Positions 17,548 through 27,875 of a DNA stretch of 64,000 nt are shown here, in pieces; the first letter of the stretch is position 1; each line of letters opens with the position of its first letter. The notes beneath the pieces were generated by a model. It made no database searches. It was not told where the DNA came from and was given only the letters and a program-made list of their open reading frames with translations. Source of the DNA: a virus. The stretch is taken from the IMG/VR virus record IMGVR_UViG_3300009550_000008; one strand, 5' to 3'. Made by a program: the position numbers and the translations under genes.

Positions 17548-19083
17548 ATGGAATTATTCGGGTTCGAAATTACTCGTAAGAAAGACGAGTTAAGAGCAAC
17601 GGAGGTAAAGAATGCAAAGTCATTCGTACCTCCAGTTGACGATGATGGCACTCCAGTCATACAACAACAGGCTGGGTACATATCAGGAGGCGCATACGGT
17701 GCCTATGTTGATATGGAAGGTGGTATCAAGAATGAGGCAGAACTCATTCGTAGATACCGTGAGACATCATTAGTACCTGAATGTGATTCGGCAATAGAAG
17801 ATATTGTCAATGAGTGTATCACATCTGATATAACAGATAGGATTGTAGCACTCGATCTCAGAGATGTTAAACTCTCTGACGGCATCAAGAACAAGATGCA
17901 AGACGAGTTTGGTCACATCTTATCCTTAATGAAGTTCAATCAGAACTCTCATGAAATATTCAGAAAGTGGTATGTTGATGGAAGAATTTACTTCCATAAG
18001 GTCGTAGACAGCAAAAGACCTAAGTTAGGTGTTGTCGACTTAAGGAACATTGACCCACTTAAAATTAAGAAGGTCAGGAATGTTGAGAAGGAAAAAGACC
18101 CTAAGACTAAAGTCGAAAGGGTTTCAAAGATCGAAGAATTTTACATGTTTAATGATAAAGGATTCGATAAGTCTTCATCAACAGATGGTAATGTTGTAAG
18201 AATTGCCCCTGAGGCAGTTACATATACTACCAGTGGATTATTAGATTACAGTAGAAATGTTGTAATCGGATATCTTCACAAAGCATTGAAGACTGCAAAT
18301 CAGTTAGCAATGATGGAGGATGCCCTTGTTATCTACAGGATTTCAAGAGCTCCCGAAAGAAGGATATTCTACATTGATGTAGGTAACCTTCCAAAGGCAA
18401 AGGCAGAACAATACCTTGCCGATGTTATGCACAAATATAGAAATAAATTAGTGTATAACGCAGAGACAGGTGAGATCAAGGATGATCGTAAACACATGTC
18501 GATGTTAGAAGACTTTTGGTTACCTAGAAGAGAAGGTGGTAGAGGAACAGAGATAACTACACTTCCAGGCGGTCAAAACCTTGCAGACATAGACGATATA
18601 GAATACTTCAAGAAGAAGTTATATCAGTCACTAAATGTGCCTGCAACGAGATTAGAAGCAGACAATGGATTTAACATGGGTCGTGCATCAGAAATCTCAA
18701 GAGACGAACTTAAATTTAATAAGTTCACAAACAGACTTCAAAAGAAGTTTGGAAGAGTTTTTACAGATATTCTTAAGACTCATTTAGTTCTTAAGGAGAT
18801 CGTAACTGGAGAAGAATTTGACAAGGTTAAAGACTTCATTCAGTATGAATTTGCAACTGACAACCACTTTACAGAGTTGAAGGAAGCAGAGATTCTAAGG
18901 GAGAGATTAGATACCCTTGGAACTATTTCTGATTATGTTGGTAAATACTATTCTAACGAATACATTAGAAAGTATGTACTAAGACAAACAGAAGAGGACA
19001 TCAAAATCATCGATGCTCAGATAAAAGATGAGGGTGCTGATGAGGAAGGTGGAGAAGATGATGATGGATTTGGAGGATTTTAA
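17548..19083 (+). CDS. gp20: Portal protein
   Basis: WYVDGR, IYRISRAPERRIFYIDVGNLPK, EDFWLPRREGGRGTEITTLPGG. Confidence 0.97.
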   Translation: MELFGFEITRKKDELRATEVKNAKSFVPPVDDDGTPVIQQQAGYISGGAYGAYVDMEGGIKNEAELIRRYRETSLVPECDSAIEDIVNECITSDITDRIVALDLRDVKLSDGIKNKMQDEFGHILSLMKFNQNSHEIFRKWYVDGRIYFHKVVDSKRPKLGVVDLRNIDPLKIKKVRNVEKEKDPKTKVERVSKIEEFYMFNDKGFDKSSSTDGNVVRIAPEAVTYTTSGLLDYSRNVVIGYLHKALKTANQLAMMEDALVIYRISRAPERRIFYIDVGNLPKAKAEQYLADVMHKYRNKLVYNAETGEIKDDRKHMSMLEDFWLPRREGGRGTEITTLPGGQNLADIDDIEYFKKKLYQSLNVPATRLEADNGFNMGRASEISRDELKFNKFTNRLQKKFGRVFTDILKTHLVLKEIVTGEEFDKVKDFIQYEFATDNHFTELKEAEILRERLDTLGTISDYVGKYYSNEYIRKYVLRQTEEDIKIIDAQIKDEGADEEGGEDDDGFGGF

Positions 19084-19085
19084 CC

Positions 19086-19259
19086 ATGAGTGATGCAAGA
19101 AAGATTGTTGACGAAATAGAAGCAGGTAAACTTGAACAAGCCAAACAAAGTGTATTTGATGGTATCAAGAACAAAGCTGCAGAAACAGTTGACATGAAAA
19201 GAGTTGAAAAGTCAGTGAACTGGATGGGTGATAACTCAGAAGGTGAAGTAGAGAAGTGA
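19086..19259 (+). CDS. Small prohead core-like protein (57 aa, gp67 position)
   Basis: ORF MSDARKIVDEIE...EVEK read by eye between gp20 and the next ORF; synteny. Confidence 0.55.
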   Translation: MSDARKIVDEIEAGKLEQAKQSVFDGIKNKAAETVDMKRVEKSVNWMGDNSEGEVEK

Positions 19260-19555
19260 AAACATTCTCCGATGTAGCTCAGGAACTTCACGAGGCAAAG
19301 TTTAATTGTCCCGAAGGTCATGAGGTCATCAAAAGGGAAAAGCTAATATTCGGTGAAGAAACTATAAATATAATATACACCGAATGTGAAGAAGGAATAA
19401 CTGTATTTCTAAACGGACAAGATATACAAGAAACTTTTTCAGATGAGGAGTCCCTAAAAATTGGTATGCAGTCAGTGAAGAAAATGTTAAAAGACATGTC
19501 CGAAGAAGGTATATCAATAGAGGAATTAGTAAATGAAATTAATATCGGAATTTAA
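19256..19555 (+). CDS. Hypothetical prohead-associated protein
   Basis: Lies between portal and protease; N-terminal MKTFSDVAQELHE resembles a capsid-targeting leader. Confidence 0.5.
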   Translation: MKTFSDVAQELHEAKFNCPEGHEVIKREKLIFGEETINIIYTECEEGITVFLNGQDIQETFSDEESLKIGMQSVKKMLKDMSEEGISIEELVNEINIGI

Positions 19556-20186
19556 CGACTACAGTGTAAGCCCCGTAATAGTAGAGGGTAAAGAAGATGG
19601 TAAGAAAGATTACTTCATCGAAGGTATCTTTATGCAATCCGAAATTAAAAATCGTAACGGTAGGATATACCCTAAAGAAGTTATACAGAAAGAAGTAAAA
19701 AGGTATAACAAAGAATTCGTAGAACAAGATCGTGCATTCGGTGAGTTAGGACACCCCGAAGGGCCAACGATTAATTTAGACAAAGTGTCTCACATGATTA
19801 CCAAACTAGAAGAAGACGGTAACAATTTCGTGGGACGAGCAAAGATTTTATCAACACCAAACGGACAGATAGTTAAAAACTTGATTGATGATGGTGCAAA
19901 GCTAGGTGTTTCTTCAAGGGGACTAGGTTCACTAGAATCCAAAGGAAACGCACAGTATGTTAAAGACGATTTTCAACTTGCAACAGCAGGTGATATCGTA
20001 GCAGACCCTTCTGCTCCTGAAGCATTTGTAAATGGTATAATGGAAGGAACAGAGTGGGTATATGAGAGTGGTATCTTGAAAGCAAGAGATATAGAAGAAA
20101 TGCAGTCGGAAATGAGGACTGCTAGACTAAATCAACTTGAAGAAACCAAATTGAAACTATGGAAAAGGTTCGTTGGGAACCTATAA
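19533..20186 (+). CDS. gp21: Prohead protease
   Basis: IEGIFMQ, NRNGRIYP, GELGHP, GVSSRGLGS, DIVADPSAPEAFV. Confidence 0.96.
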   Translation: MKLISEFNDYSVSPVIVEGKEDGKKDYFIEGIFMQSEIKNRNGRIYPKEVIQKEVKRYNKEFVEQDRAFGELGHPEGPTINLDKVSHMITKLEEDGNNFVGRAKILSTPNGQIVKNLIDDGAKLGVSSRGLGSLESKGNAQYVKDDFQLATAGDIVADPSAPEAFVNGIMEGTEWVYESGILKARDIEEMQSEMRTARLNQLEETKLKLWKRFVGNL

Positions 20187-20188
20187 CA

Positions 20189-20196
20189 TATAAATA
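20189..20196 (+). promoter_or_regulatory. T4-type late promoter
   Basis: TATAAATA upstream of gp22. Confidence 0.8.
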
Positions 20197-20225
20197 AAAA
20201 AGTAATCTTTAAACAGGAGAAATTT

Positions 20226-21596
20226 ATGTCAGATTTAGAAAACCAAGTAGAGAACACCTCTGAGGTTTCTTCTATCGTGGAAGAACCTACAAAAGGTGCC
20301 GAAAAAGGTGACAAATCTGCTCACAAGCAAGGTTCCAGCTCTGAGGAAAAAATAGAATCAGGAAAAGCTGAAGTCGTCAAACCCGAAGAAAATCCTGTTG
20401 ACAAGGCTGTTGCAGCTGCAAAGAAAGCAGCGGATGGTACTAAACCAGTATCAGACGATGTGAATAAAGGTGCAGAAAAAGGTGACAGCAAAGCAGAAAA
20501 AATTAAAGAAGATGAAGATTCCACAGAAGAGGCTATCGTTGAAAAGGGTGCGTCTAAAATGGAACTTATCAAGGCTGCAGTCGACAGTATGAAAGGTCTG
20601 AACAAAGAAGAGTTGAACAAAATGTTCGCTTCATTGTCAGAAGACGAGGTCGATGAATCCTTGACTAAAGCAGAAGTTGCTAGAAATATTGTAGAAGCGT
20701 TAAAGGCGTTATCTTTAGAAGAAGTCGCAAAACTCGTTAAAGAAATGGGTTATGAGGACGAAGAAGAAGATGAAGATGATGACGAGGACGAGGATAATGA
20801 CGAGAAAGAAGAATCCGTCAAAGAATCAGCTGCAGTAGAATCTTCATTAGTCGAGATAGAAATAGATGACGACCTATCAAAAATCTCAGAATCGCTTGAA
20901 CTATCAGAAGAAAATGCTGAGAAAGCAAGAACTATCTTTAAGGCTGCAATCAACTCAAAAGTTGAAGAAGCAAAAGCAGAACTTGAAGAGCATTATCAAA
21001 CAGAATTAAAATCCCAAGTAGAAACTGTTAAGGAAGAATTAACTTCTTCTGTAGACAAGTATCTAACATATTGTGCTGAAGAGTGGACGAAAGAAAACGA
21101 ACTTGCAATAGAAAGGGGTTTGAGATCAGAAATGACTGAAAACTTCATCGCAGGACTTAAGACATTGTTCGTAGAACATTATGTCGAAGTACCCGAAGAT
21201 AAGTACGATGTTATGGACGAACTCGCAAATCGTCTTGATGAGATGGAAGCAAAACTTGATTCAGAAGTATCCAAGAATATGGAAATTTCAGAAGAGTTAG
21301 GCAGTCTTAAAAGACAAAATGTTGTGACAAAGGCATGTGAAGACTTGTCTGAATCACAAACAGAGAAAATGGTTTCATTATCAAACGGTGTAGACTTCAC
21401 AGACGAAGCAGATTTCGAAGAGAAAGTTGCAGAAATCAAAGAAGCATACTTCGGTGTAGATAGTGAAAACATTGCTGAAGAAACAATCAGTGAAGAAGGA
21501 ACAGGAGATTTCGAAGTTGAAAAAGCAGAGAAAGTTCTAGACCCTTCAATCGCTAGATATTCAGAGGCATTAACTAAACTAAAACCATTAGGTTAA
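20226..21596 (+). CDS. gp22: Prohead core scaffold protein
   Basis: Acidic coiled coil; VDKYLTY, ENELAIERGLRSE, LFVEHYVEVPEDK. Confidence 0.92.
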   Translation: MSDLENQVENTSEVSSIVEEPTKGAEKGDKSAHKQGSSSEEKIESGKAEVVKPEENPVDKAVAAAKKAADGTKPVSDDVNKGAEKGDSKAEKIKEDEDSTEEAIVEKGASKMELIKAAVDSMKGLNKEELNKMFASLSEDEVDESLTKAEVARNIVEALKALSLEEVAKLVKEMGYEDEEEDEDDDEDEDNDEKEESVKESAAVESSLVEIEIDDDLSKISESLELSEENAEKARTIFKAAINSKVEEAKAELEEHYQTELKSQVETVKEELTSSVDKYLTYCAEEWTKENELAIERGLRSEMTENFIAGLKTLFVEHYVEVPEDKYDVMDELANRLDEMEAKLDSEVSKNMEISEELGSLKRQNVVTKACEDLSESQTEKMVSLSNGVDFTDEADFEEKVAEIKEAYFGVDSENIAEETISEEGTGDFEVEKAEKVLDPSIARYSEALTKLKPLG

Positions 21597-21614
21597 TTTA
21601 AGGGGTATAAACTC

Positions 21615-22919
21615 ATGTTTTTATCAGAAAACTTACAAGAGAAGTGGGAGCCAATTCTAGAGCACTCCGATCTACCAAAGATCGAAGACAACTACAAGAA
21701 AGCTGTCACTGCAGTAATACTCGAAAACCAAGAGAAAGCACTAAACGAAGATAGAGCTGCTCTTGAGGAAGCTGCACCTTTAAACTCTACTGGTAGCGGA
21801 ATCTCCAACTGGGATCCAATTTTGATCTCATTAGTGAGACGAGCTATGCCAAATCTCGTTGCATACGACATTTGCGGTGTTCAACCAATGACAGGCCCTA
21901 CAGGTCTTATCTTTGCTATGAAAGCAAGATACAATGACTACCCAACTGAAACTAGACTCAACAATAGTGAAGCACTATTCGGTGAAGCTAGATCAGACTA
22001 CTCAGGTAGTGCAGACCCTACAGCAGGCCCAGTGGGTTCAGACCCAATCGGTGACCCATTCGATACTTCTTCACCTTCTTATGCATCAACTACTGGTGCT
22101 GGAATGGCAACTGCATCTGCAGAAAGCCTAGGTGATGCAGCGGGTAACCATTTTGCACAGATGTCTTTCACAATTGAGAAAGCAACTGTTACTGCAAAGT
22201 CAAGAGCACTCAAAGCAGAGTACACTTTAGAATTAGCACAAGACCTCAAAGCAATCCACGGTCTTGATGCAGAATCAGAACTTGCAAATATTTTGTCAAG
22301 TGAGATTCTTGCTGAAATCAACAGAGAAGTTGTCAGAAATGTCAACCTTCAAGCCAAAACTGGTGCAGCTGACACAGCTAGTGCTGGTACATTCAACTTA
22401 GATGTTGATGCAAACGGTAGATGGTCTGTTGAGAAATTCAAAGGTCTATTGTTCCAAATCGAAAGAGAAGCAAACACAATAGCACAAGAAACAAGAAGAG
22501 GAAAAGGTAACTTTATCCTTTGTTCTAGTGATGTTGCATCTGCTCTTTCAATGGCTGGTGTATTGGATTACACACCTGCGTTAAACACTGACATCAATGT
22601 TGATGATACTGGTAATACTTTTGCTGGTGTTCTTAACGGAAGAGTTAAAGTGTACATCGACCCATATGCTGGTGTTGATTACATGACTGTCGGTTACAGA
22701 GGGTCTAACCCTTATGACGCTGGTATGTTCTATTGCCCATATGTTCCACTTCAAATGGTGAGAGCAGTTGGCGAGAATACTTTCCAACCAAAAATCGGAT
22801 TCAAAACTAGATACGGAATGGTATCTAACCCATTCGTAGGTTCTACACCTTCTGATGGTCTTGCATCTGCTGGAACAAACTTCTACTACAGAAAAATGGC
22901 AGTGTCCAACATTCTGTAA
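21615..22919 (+). CDS. gp23: Major capsid protein
   Basis: LVRRAMPNL, GVQPMTGPTGLIFAM, KSRALKAEYTLELAQDLKAIHGLDAE, FQPKIGFKTRYG. Confidence 0.98.
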   Translation: MFLSENLQEKWEPILEHSDLPKIEDNYKKAVTAVILENQEKALNEDRAALEEAAPLNSTGSGISNWDPILISLVRRAMPNLVAYDICGVQPMTGPTGLIFAMKARYNDYPTETRLNNSEALFGEARSDYSGSADPTAGPVGSDPIGDPFDTSSPSYASTTGAGMATASAESLGDAAGNHFAQMSFTIEKATVTAKSRALKAEYTLELAQDLKAIHGLDAESELANILSSEILAEINREVVRNVNLQAKTGAADTASAGTFNLDVDANGRWSVEKFKGLLFQIEREANTIAQETRRGKGNFILCSSDVASALSMAGVLDYTPALNTDINVDDTGNTFAGVLNGRVKVYIDPYAGVDYMTVGYRGSNPYDAGMFYCPYVPLQMVRAVGENTFQPKIGFKTRYGMVSNPFVGSTPSDGLASAGTNFYYRKMAVSNIL

Positions 22920-22937
22920 ACGAATTTCGTTTCGATT

Positions 22938-22966
22938 AAAAAGGTCTCTTCGGAGACCTTTTTTTT
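22938..22966 (+). terminator. Rho-independent terminator after gp23
   Basis: AAAAAGGTCTC-TTCG-GAGACCTTTTTTTT. Confidence 0.92.
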
Positions 22967-23013
22967 AGCACTAAATATAAGGTCATTACACACATACACA
23001 CAGGAGGTAAAAA

Positions 23014-23232
23014 ATGGCAAATCAACAAAAATCAGGGTTCGAAATCCGAGCCGAACTACTATCACAAGCACAATGTCTCTTAGAAGGAAACATCTACAGA
23101 AACAATGACGCTGTTGCAACTCACAATGACAACTTCCCAAACGATAGAAAACCATTAGGTGACCAATTCGTTTCTACGGAAAGTGTTATTGCAACTGCAA
23201 GACAACTTAATGAGTTTGTGAACGAGAAGTAA
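23014..23232 (+). CDS. Hypothetical protein
   Basis: Strong AGGAGGT RBS, CA-rich leader, upstream CTAAATA late-like box. Confidence 0.7.
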   Translation: MANQQKSGFEIRAELLSQAQCLLEGNIYRNNDAVATHNDNFPNDRKPLGDQFVSTESVIATARQLNEFVNEK

Positions 23233-23237
23233 CATTT

Positions 23238-23259
23238 TTGGGGAACTTCGGTTCCCCAA
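23238..23259 (+). terminator. UUCG-capped hairpin (probable terminator or processing stem)
   Basis: TTGGGGAAC-TTCG-GTTCCCCAA; weak downstream U tract. Confidence 0.6.
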
Positions 23260-23275
23260 TTCAATAAATAGTAAT

Positions 23276-23497
23276 ATGAAAGAATTTGATAAAAAAATAA
23301 CAATCAGTGAAGGCCCATTTGAGAGAATTGCATTTCCAAGTGGTGTTGAAACACACGATGTATTAAGTCGTAAAATTACCACATCCTATATCCAAGACGG
23401 TTATCTTTGTGAACAAACTGTACTAAGAGAATATAGACCTGATGGTGACTACCACGATCAATCCACATCCAAGAGGATAATTAAAGTTAATGGCTGA
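23276..23497 (+). CDS. Hypothetical late protein
   Basis: TAAATA-N5-ATG start; overlaps the gp3 start. Confidence 0.6.
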   Translation: MKEFDKKITISEGPFERIAFPSGVETHDVLSRKITTSYIQDGYLCEQTVLREYRPDGDYHDQSTSKRIIKVNG

Positions 23498-24032
23498 CCC
23501 AATAATCAATAAGTCTCTTTTAGGTAAGAATAATTTTAGACTTCTTATCGACAAAGTACCTACTGTAGAGTTCTTTGTGAAGACTGTAAACATCCCAGGC
23601 GTGCAATTCACTGAAACTGTTGCACCTGCTGGAATCGGTTTAGATGCATTCTTCCCAGGCGATAAGGTTTCTTTCGATACTCTCAGTATCGGTTTCTTAG
23701 TAGATGAAGACCTAGGAAACTTTAAAGAGATATTTGATTGGATGGATTCTATTGTTCCAGTATCAGACCCAAATGCATATGCAGCTTATGTTCAGTCAGT
23801 CAAGACTGCAACTGGTACTTCATCTGCAATTGATAATGATATGAATCAATACTCAGACATAACTCTTATTACAAACACTAATAAAAACATACCTAATAAA
23901 TTCTTTAGGTTCCATGATGCATTCCCTATATCACTAAGTGGGATTGAGATGGAATCAGGGGCAGACGGTGAACCCGTAATTGCAACTGTAGAATTTAGGT
24001 TCACATACTACGAAATAAAATCCACTTCCTAA
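23490..24032 (+). CDS. gp3: Tail completion / tube terminator protein
   Basis: NFRLLIDKVPTVEFF, VNIPG, FLVDEDLGNFKEIFDWM, FPISLSG. Confidence 0.88.
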   Translation: MADPIINKSLLGKNNFRLLIDKVPTVEFFVKTVNIPGVQFTETVAPAGIGLDAFFPGDKVSFDTLSIGFLVDEDLGNFKEIFDWMDSIVPVSDPNAYAAYVQSVKTATGTSSAIDNDMNQYSDITLITNTNKNIPNKFFRFHDAFPISLSGIEMESGADGEPVIATVEFRFTYYEIKSTS

Positions 24033-24063
24033 AGTACCATAAATATGGTATAATAGGTATATT

Positions 24064-24507
24064 ATGACTCTCGATGAATTAAAAGCAGAGTGGAAAAAGG
24101 ATTGTGAAATTGATGATATCGAACTAGATAAATCATCATTAGAAGTTCCTAGACTCCACGCAAAATACTCAGACCTCTTAACTGATGCAGTAATCAGGCA
24201 TAAGAACATCCAACTTAAATACTCCATGCTATTGAAAGATAAATGGTTGTGGTTTAATGGTAAGATGGATGAAGGTCGTATCAAAGAATTAGGATGGGAT
24301 GATGACCCATTTGACGGTCTAAAGATCATGAAGAATGATATGCAAATATTCTTCAATGCAGATCAAGACTTACAAAAGTTAAACGCACAAACTGAGTATG
24401 CACAGATAACAATTGATTTCTTAAAAAGATGTATGGAAAACATTACATGGAGACATCAAACTATCAAGAATACAATCGACTGGCGTAAGTTCATGGCGGG
24501 TTCATAA
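24064..24507 (+). CDS. uvsY: Recombination mediator UvsY
   Basis: WKKDCEIDDIELD, VPRLHAKY, IKNTIDWRKFMAG. Confidence 0.9.
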   Translation: MTLDELKAEWKKDCEIDDIELDKSSLEVPRLHAKYSDLLTDAVIRHKNIQLKYSMLLKDKWLWFNGKMDEGRIKELGWDDDPFDGLKIMKNDMQIFFNADQDLQKLNAQTEYAQITIDFLKRCMENITWRHQTIKNTIDWRKFMAGS

Positions 24508-24593
24508 TGGATTGGTATATGTTAATGAACTTTGCAGTAGTGATATTAATTTCATATTGGATAGGCCGTTGGGATGGTAAGAGGAAGTCATAA
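24507..24593 (+). CDS. 28-aa membrane peptide
   Basis: MDWYMLMNFAVVILISYWIGRWDGKRKS; TAATG-coupled at both ends. Confidence 0.55.
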   Translation: MDWYMLMNFAVVILISYWIGRWDGKRKS

Positions 24594-25282
24594 TGGTTTA
24601 TAATAATTACTGTTGTGTTCTATCTGAATTTCTTAATCCTACTGAGGTAGAATACCTTCACGGATATGCAAGGAGTCTTCCTATACAGGAAGGTAGACTT
24701 GGATTTGATGGTAAAGATTCTGATTCTCAGAAAGCAAGAGAAGGTAATTCAGGTAATGTAGATAATAGTGTTAGACAATCTACTAACAAGTGGATATATC
24801 ATGATGACCCTAAATTCTCAGTAGATTTAAAACAAAAGATATTTGATGGTATGATGCAAGCTAATCAAATGAGTGGATGGAACTACGAGGTCGATCATAT
24901 GGAAAACTGGCAGTACACTGTATATGACCATCAACCTGATAGACCTACTGGAGATTTCTATACATGGCATACTGATTGTGGTTCTGAACCATATTCATGG
25001 GGTAAAATAAGAAAACTATCTGCATCAATTCAATTATCAGCTCCTGATGAATATGAGGGTGGTCATTTTCAATGGATAGAAACAACAAAAGTATTTGACA
25101 ATCTCAAAAAACGAGAAGATGTAATCAGACAAGATGAATTAATTTGCTCTGCACCTATGAGTGGTAGAGAGTTAGGTTCACTACTTGTATTTCCTTCTTG
25201 GTTACATCACCAAGTCACACCCGTGACAAGAGGAACTAGGAAGTCCTTAGTAGTATGGAATACAGGATGGCCTCTGAAATAA
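24593..25282 (+). CDS. 2OG-Fe(II) oxygenase (PKHD-type)
   Basis: YTWHTD, RKLSASIQLS, YEGG, FPSWLHHQVTPVTRGTRKSLVVW. Confidence 0.9.
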   Translation: MVYNNYCCVLSEFLNPTEVEYLHGYARSLPIQEGRLGFDGKDSDSQKAREGNSGNVDNSVRQSTNKWIYHDDPKFSVDLKQKIFDGMMQANQMSGWNYEVDHMENWQYTVYDHQPDRPTGDFYTWHTDCGSEPYSWGKIRKLSASIQLSAPDEYEGGHFQWIETTKVFDNLKKREDVIRQDELICSAPMSGRELGSLLVFPSWLHHQVTPVTRGTRKSLVVWNTGWPLK

Positions 25283-26688
25283 CCCTCAAGAAGGTCGATG
25301 AGGTCTTCATGCAAGTTCAATGTGACGATGGTCTCTCTAGAGACTTGTTCGATTTCTTTTCGTTCACCGTTCCAAATGCAAAGTTCATGCCCTCAGTTAA
25401 GAATAGATACTGGGATGGTAAGGTTCGTCTGTTCTCAATCAAAACAAATAAAATTTATATTGGATTACTTCCATATGTAGATGAGTTCTGTAGAGAAAGA
25501 GGATATGATATTGTAGGTATAAACGATATCATAGGAGAGAAAGAAAGACAGCCTGATGAGAACTTCATACAAGAACTAGGATTACCTTTTGAACCTAGAG
25601 ACTATCAAATGGATGCATTCAGAACTGCAGTCCAATATGGTAGACAACTTTTACTTTCACCAACTGCAAGTGGTAAATCATTAATCATTTATTTACTTGC
25701 ACGATACTATAACAAAAAAACGATCATCATTGTTCCTACAACTTCACTTGTAGAACAGATGGCAAAGGATTTTAAAGACTATGGATACGATAAAGAGATA
25801 TGCAAAATATATGGTGGTCAGCCTGTATTCGATTCTGACATTACGATATCAACATGGCAGAGTTTTAGTAAAGCACCTAAAGATGTCATGCAATCATTCG
25901 AAGTCGTATTCGGAGACGAAGCCCACCTCTTCAAAGCAAATGTCCTCAAAGGAATCCTCGAAAAAATGAAAAAGACTGCAATCCGTTTTGGAACTACTGG
26001 AACACTAGATGGTTCTGAATGTCATAGATTGCAATTAGAAGGAATGTTCGGCCCAGTCAAAAAGGTCATAAGCACAAAAGAGTTAATGGATGAAGGAACA
26101 ATTGCAAATTTAAATATCGATTGTGTCATACTTCGTCATACCAAACAAAAGAAAATGACCTACCAAGAAGAGATGGATTACCTTGTTTCTAACGATGCAA
26201 GAAACTTATTCCTTGTTAATCTTGTTAGAAGCTTGAAAGGTAATACACTGGTGTTGTTTCAATATGTAGAAAAACATGGTACAGTATTATTTGATATGAT
26301 GTCTCATACGGACATGGGTGGTAACCTACATTATGTGTATGGTGGAACAGATACAGAAGATAGAGAACATGTTAGAGAGATTGTAGAGAATAATAAAGAG
26401 GATACTATTCTTGCATCATACGGAACATTCTCTACTGGAGTAAACATAAAAAGAATCGATAACATTGTCTTTGCAAGTCCATCTAAATCTAGAATACGAA
26501 ATCTACAATCAATTGGTAGAGGCCTTCGTAAGGTAGATGGTAAAGATTCCATGAGACTATTCGATATTGCTGATGATCTTCAATGTGATAACTACACTCT
26601 AAATCACCTGAAAGATCGTATAAATATATACAACGAAGAGAGATTTTCATATGAAATTAAGCAGTTCGAATTAAATGACAAGCCCTAA
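25267..26688 (+). CDS. uvsW: DNA helicase UvsW
   Basis: WDGKVRLF, SPTASGKS, GDEAH, LQSIGRGLR; start at MASEIT (25267) assumed. Confidence 0.95.
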   Translation: MASEITLKKVDEVFMQVQCDDGLSRDLFDFFSFTVPNAKFMPSVKNRYWDGKVRLFSIKTNKIYIGLLPYVDEFCRERGYDIVGINDIIGEKERQPDENFIQELGLPFEPRDYQMDAFRTAVQYGRQLLLSPTASGKSLIIYLLARYYNKKTIIIVPTTSLVEQMAKDFKDYGYDKEICKIYGGQPVFDSDITISTWQSFSKAPKDVMQSFEVVFGDEAHLFKANVLKGILEKMKKTAIRFGTTGTLDGSECHRLQLEGMFGPVKKVISTKELMDEGTIANLNIDCVILRHTKQKKMTYQEEMDYLVSNDARNLFLVNLVRSLKGNTLVLFQYVEKHGTVLFDMMSHTDMGGNLHYVYGGTDTEDREHVREIVENNKEDTILASYGTFSTGVNIKRIDNIVFASPSKSRIRNLQSIGRGLRKVDGKDSMRLFDIADDLQCDNYTLNHLKDRINIYNEERFSYEIKQFELNDKP

Positions 26689-27202
26689 GGATATTATCCC
26701 ACAAAAATATGAAGTTCTGAAACTTAGAAGTGGTTCAGAGGTTGTAGGTATGACAAGAGATACCCATGATGGAATAGTGATTACTCTTCCTATGATCTGT
26801 AGGTTAGAGACAATCAATCCCGAAGGTAGTCATACCCTTGCAACATTCTATCCTTATGCACCATTGTCTGCAGACCCAACAGTCCAAATTCCAAATGATA
26901 TGATTGCACATAGAAGTAGTCTTAATGAACAGTTCGTTCCTTTCTATGATGAAGCTTCTGCAAGATGGTTCGACATGGTTGAAAATAAATCTATTCCTCT
27001 AACAGGTAATAGAAAAGAAATTCGTAGAGCATACCTCGATAGAATAGTTAATGACCTCATGTCTGCAACTGGTGGCCCAATCACTGAAAGGGAAGAGAGG
27101 ATGTTAGAAAGACTCGAAGAAGAAGAATGGGATGAGTTAGATGAAACTATGGCAGACTTCGAACATGCAATCCCACCCACCGACAAAAAGAAAATCCATT
27201 AG
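26675..27202 (+). CDS. Hypothetical protein downstream of uvsW
   Basis: VLKLRSGSEVVG N-terminus, acidic tail ending KKIH; usual position in T4-like marine phages. Confidence 0.6.
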   Translation: MTSPKDIIPQKYEVLKLRSGSEVVGMTRDTHDGIVITLPMICRLETINPEGSHTLATFYPYAPLSADPTVQIPNDMIAHRSSLNEQFVPFYDEASARWFDMVENKSIPLTGNRKEIRRAYLDRIVNDLMSATGGPITEREERMLERLEEEEWDELDETMADFEHAIPPTDKKKIH

Positions 27203-27333
27203 TCTCAAATAATTTTCACTTTATCTCAAAAAGCCTTTCCATAAGTTTAGCGAATGCATATATACTATCGAATAAATTTGAGTTATATAAGTTTATTCAT
27301 GTGTATTATAATTTAATTTTAGGAAAAACCACT

Positions 27334-27504
27334 ATGACCACAGCAGTTTTAAGAATTGCGAAGAGCATGGTGTCTGAAATCGAAAACTTGAGAAGATCAG
27401 AGATTGTATCAAAGCTAATCGATGGTGTAGAATTCATCACACTGTTAACTCTTCCAATATTGTTACCGATAGGAATAATGTACCTCGCAACTGCGGGATA
27501 TTGA
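27334..27504 (+). CDS. Small membrane protein (56 aa)
   Basis: AGGA RBS before ATG 27334; C-terminal hydrophobic helix. Confidence 0.6.
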   Translation: MTTAVLRIAKSMVSEIENLRRSEIVSKLIDGVEFITLLTLPILLPIGIMYLATAGY

Positions 27505-27527
27505 GGCTAGTTGTGGCATTTACAAAA

Positions 27528-27620
27528 ATGTCACGAAAATATTTACAACAACTTCAAGAGAAGGGGGAGGTAGTCTTACTCCTCCTGATCTTCTTCGCAT
27601 CGATTTGGGGCGTCTCATGA
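27528..27620 (+). CDS. Small membrane peptide (30 aa)
   Basis: MSRKYLQQLQEKGEVVLLLLIFFASIWGVS; ATGA overlap with the next ORF. Confidence 0.45.
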   Translation: MSRKYLQQLQEKGEVVLLLLIFFASIWGVS

Positions 27621-27730
27621 AACACTATATACTAGGTGGAATGATTAGTTTGTGCATGTTTTATATCTCGATTGGAGATATGGATAGAATGAGTCGTGCA
27701 GTCGAAAGAAGAGTAGAAGTAGTATCTTAA
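27617..27730 (+). CDS. Small membrane peptide (37 aa)
   Basis: MKHYILGGMISLCMFYISIGDMDRMSRAVERRVEVVS. Confidence 0.45.
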   Translation: MKHYILGGMISLCMFYISIGDMDRMSRAVERRVEVVS

Positions 27731-27875
27731 TCCCTTATTAATATATTCCCCTGCGGTAACATAATTATTTTATCATAGATTTCTCATCTGTAAAGGTGGT
27801 TTTCGAAGAAATTTCAAATTAAATAAATACTAAAAAGCCTCTTACAATATAGAGATTTTCTAGTATAATAGACAC

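Noticed and set aside
20750-20820. GAA/GAT-rich low-complexity tracts (also about 35240-35500)
   Set aside because: These are ordinary acidic linkers of gp22 and the CobT-like protein
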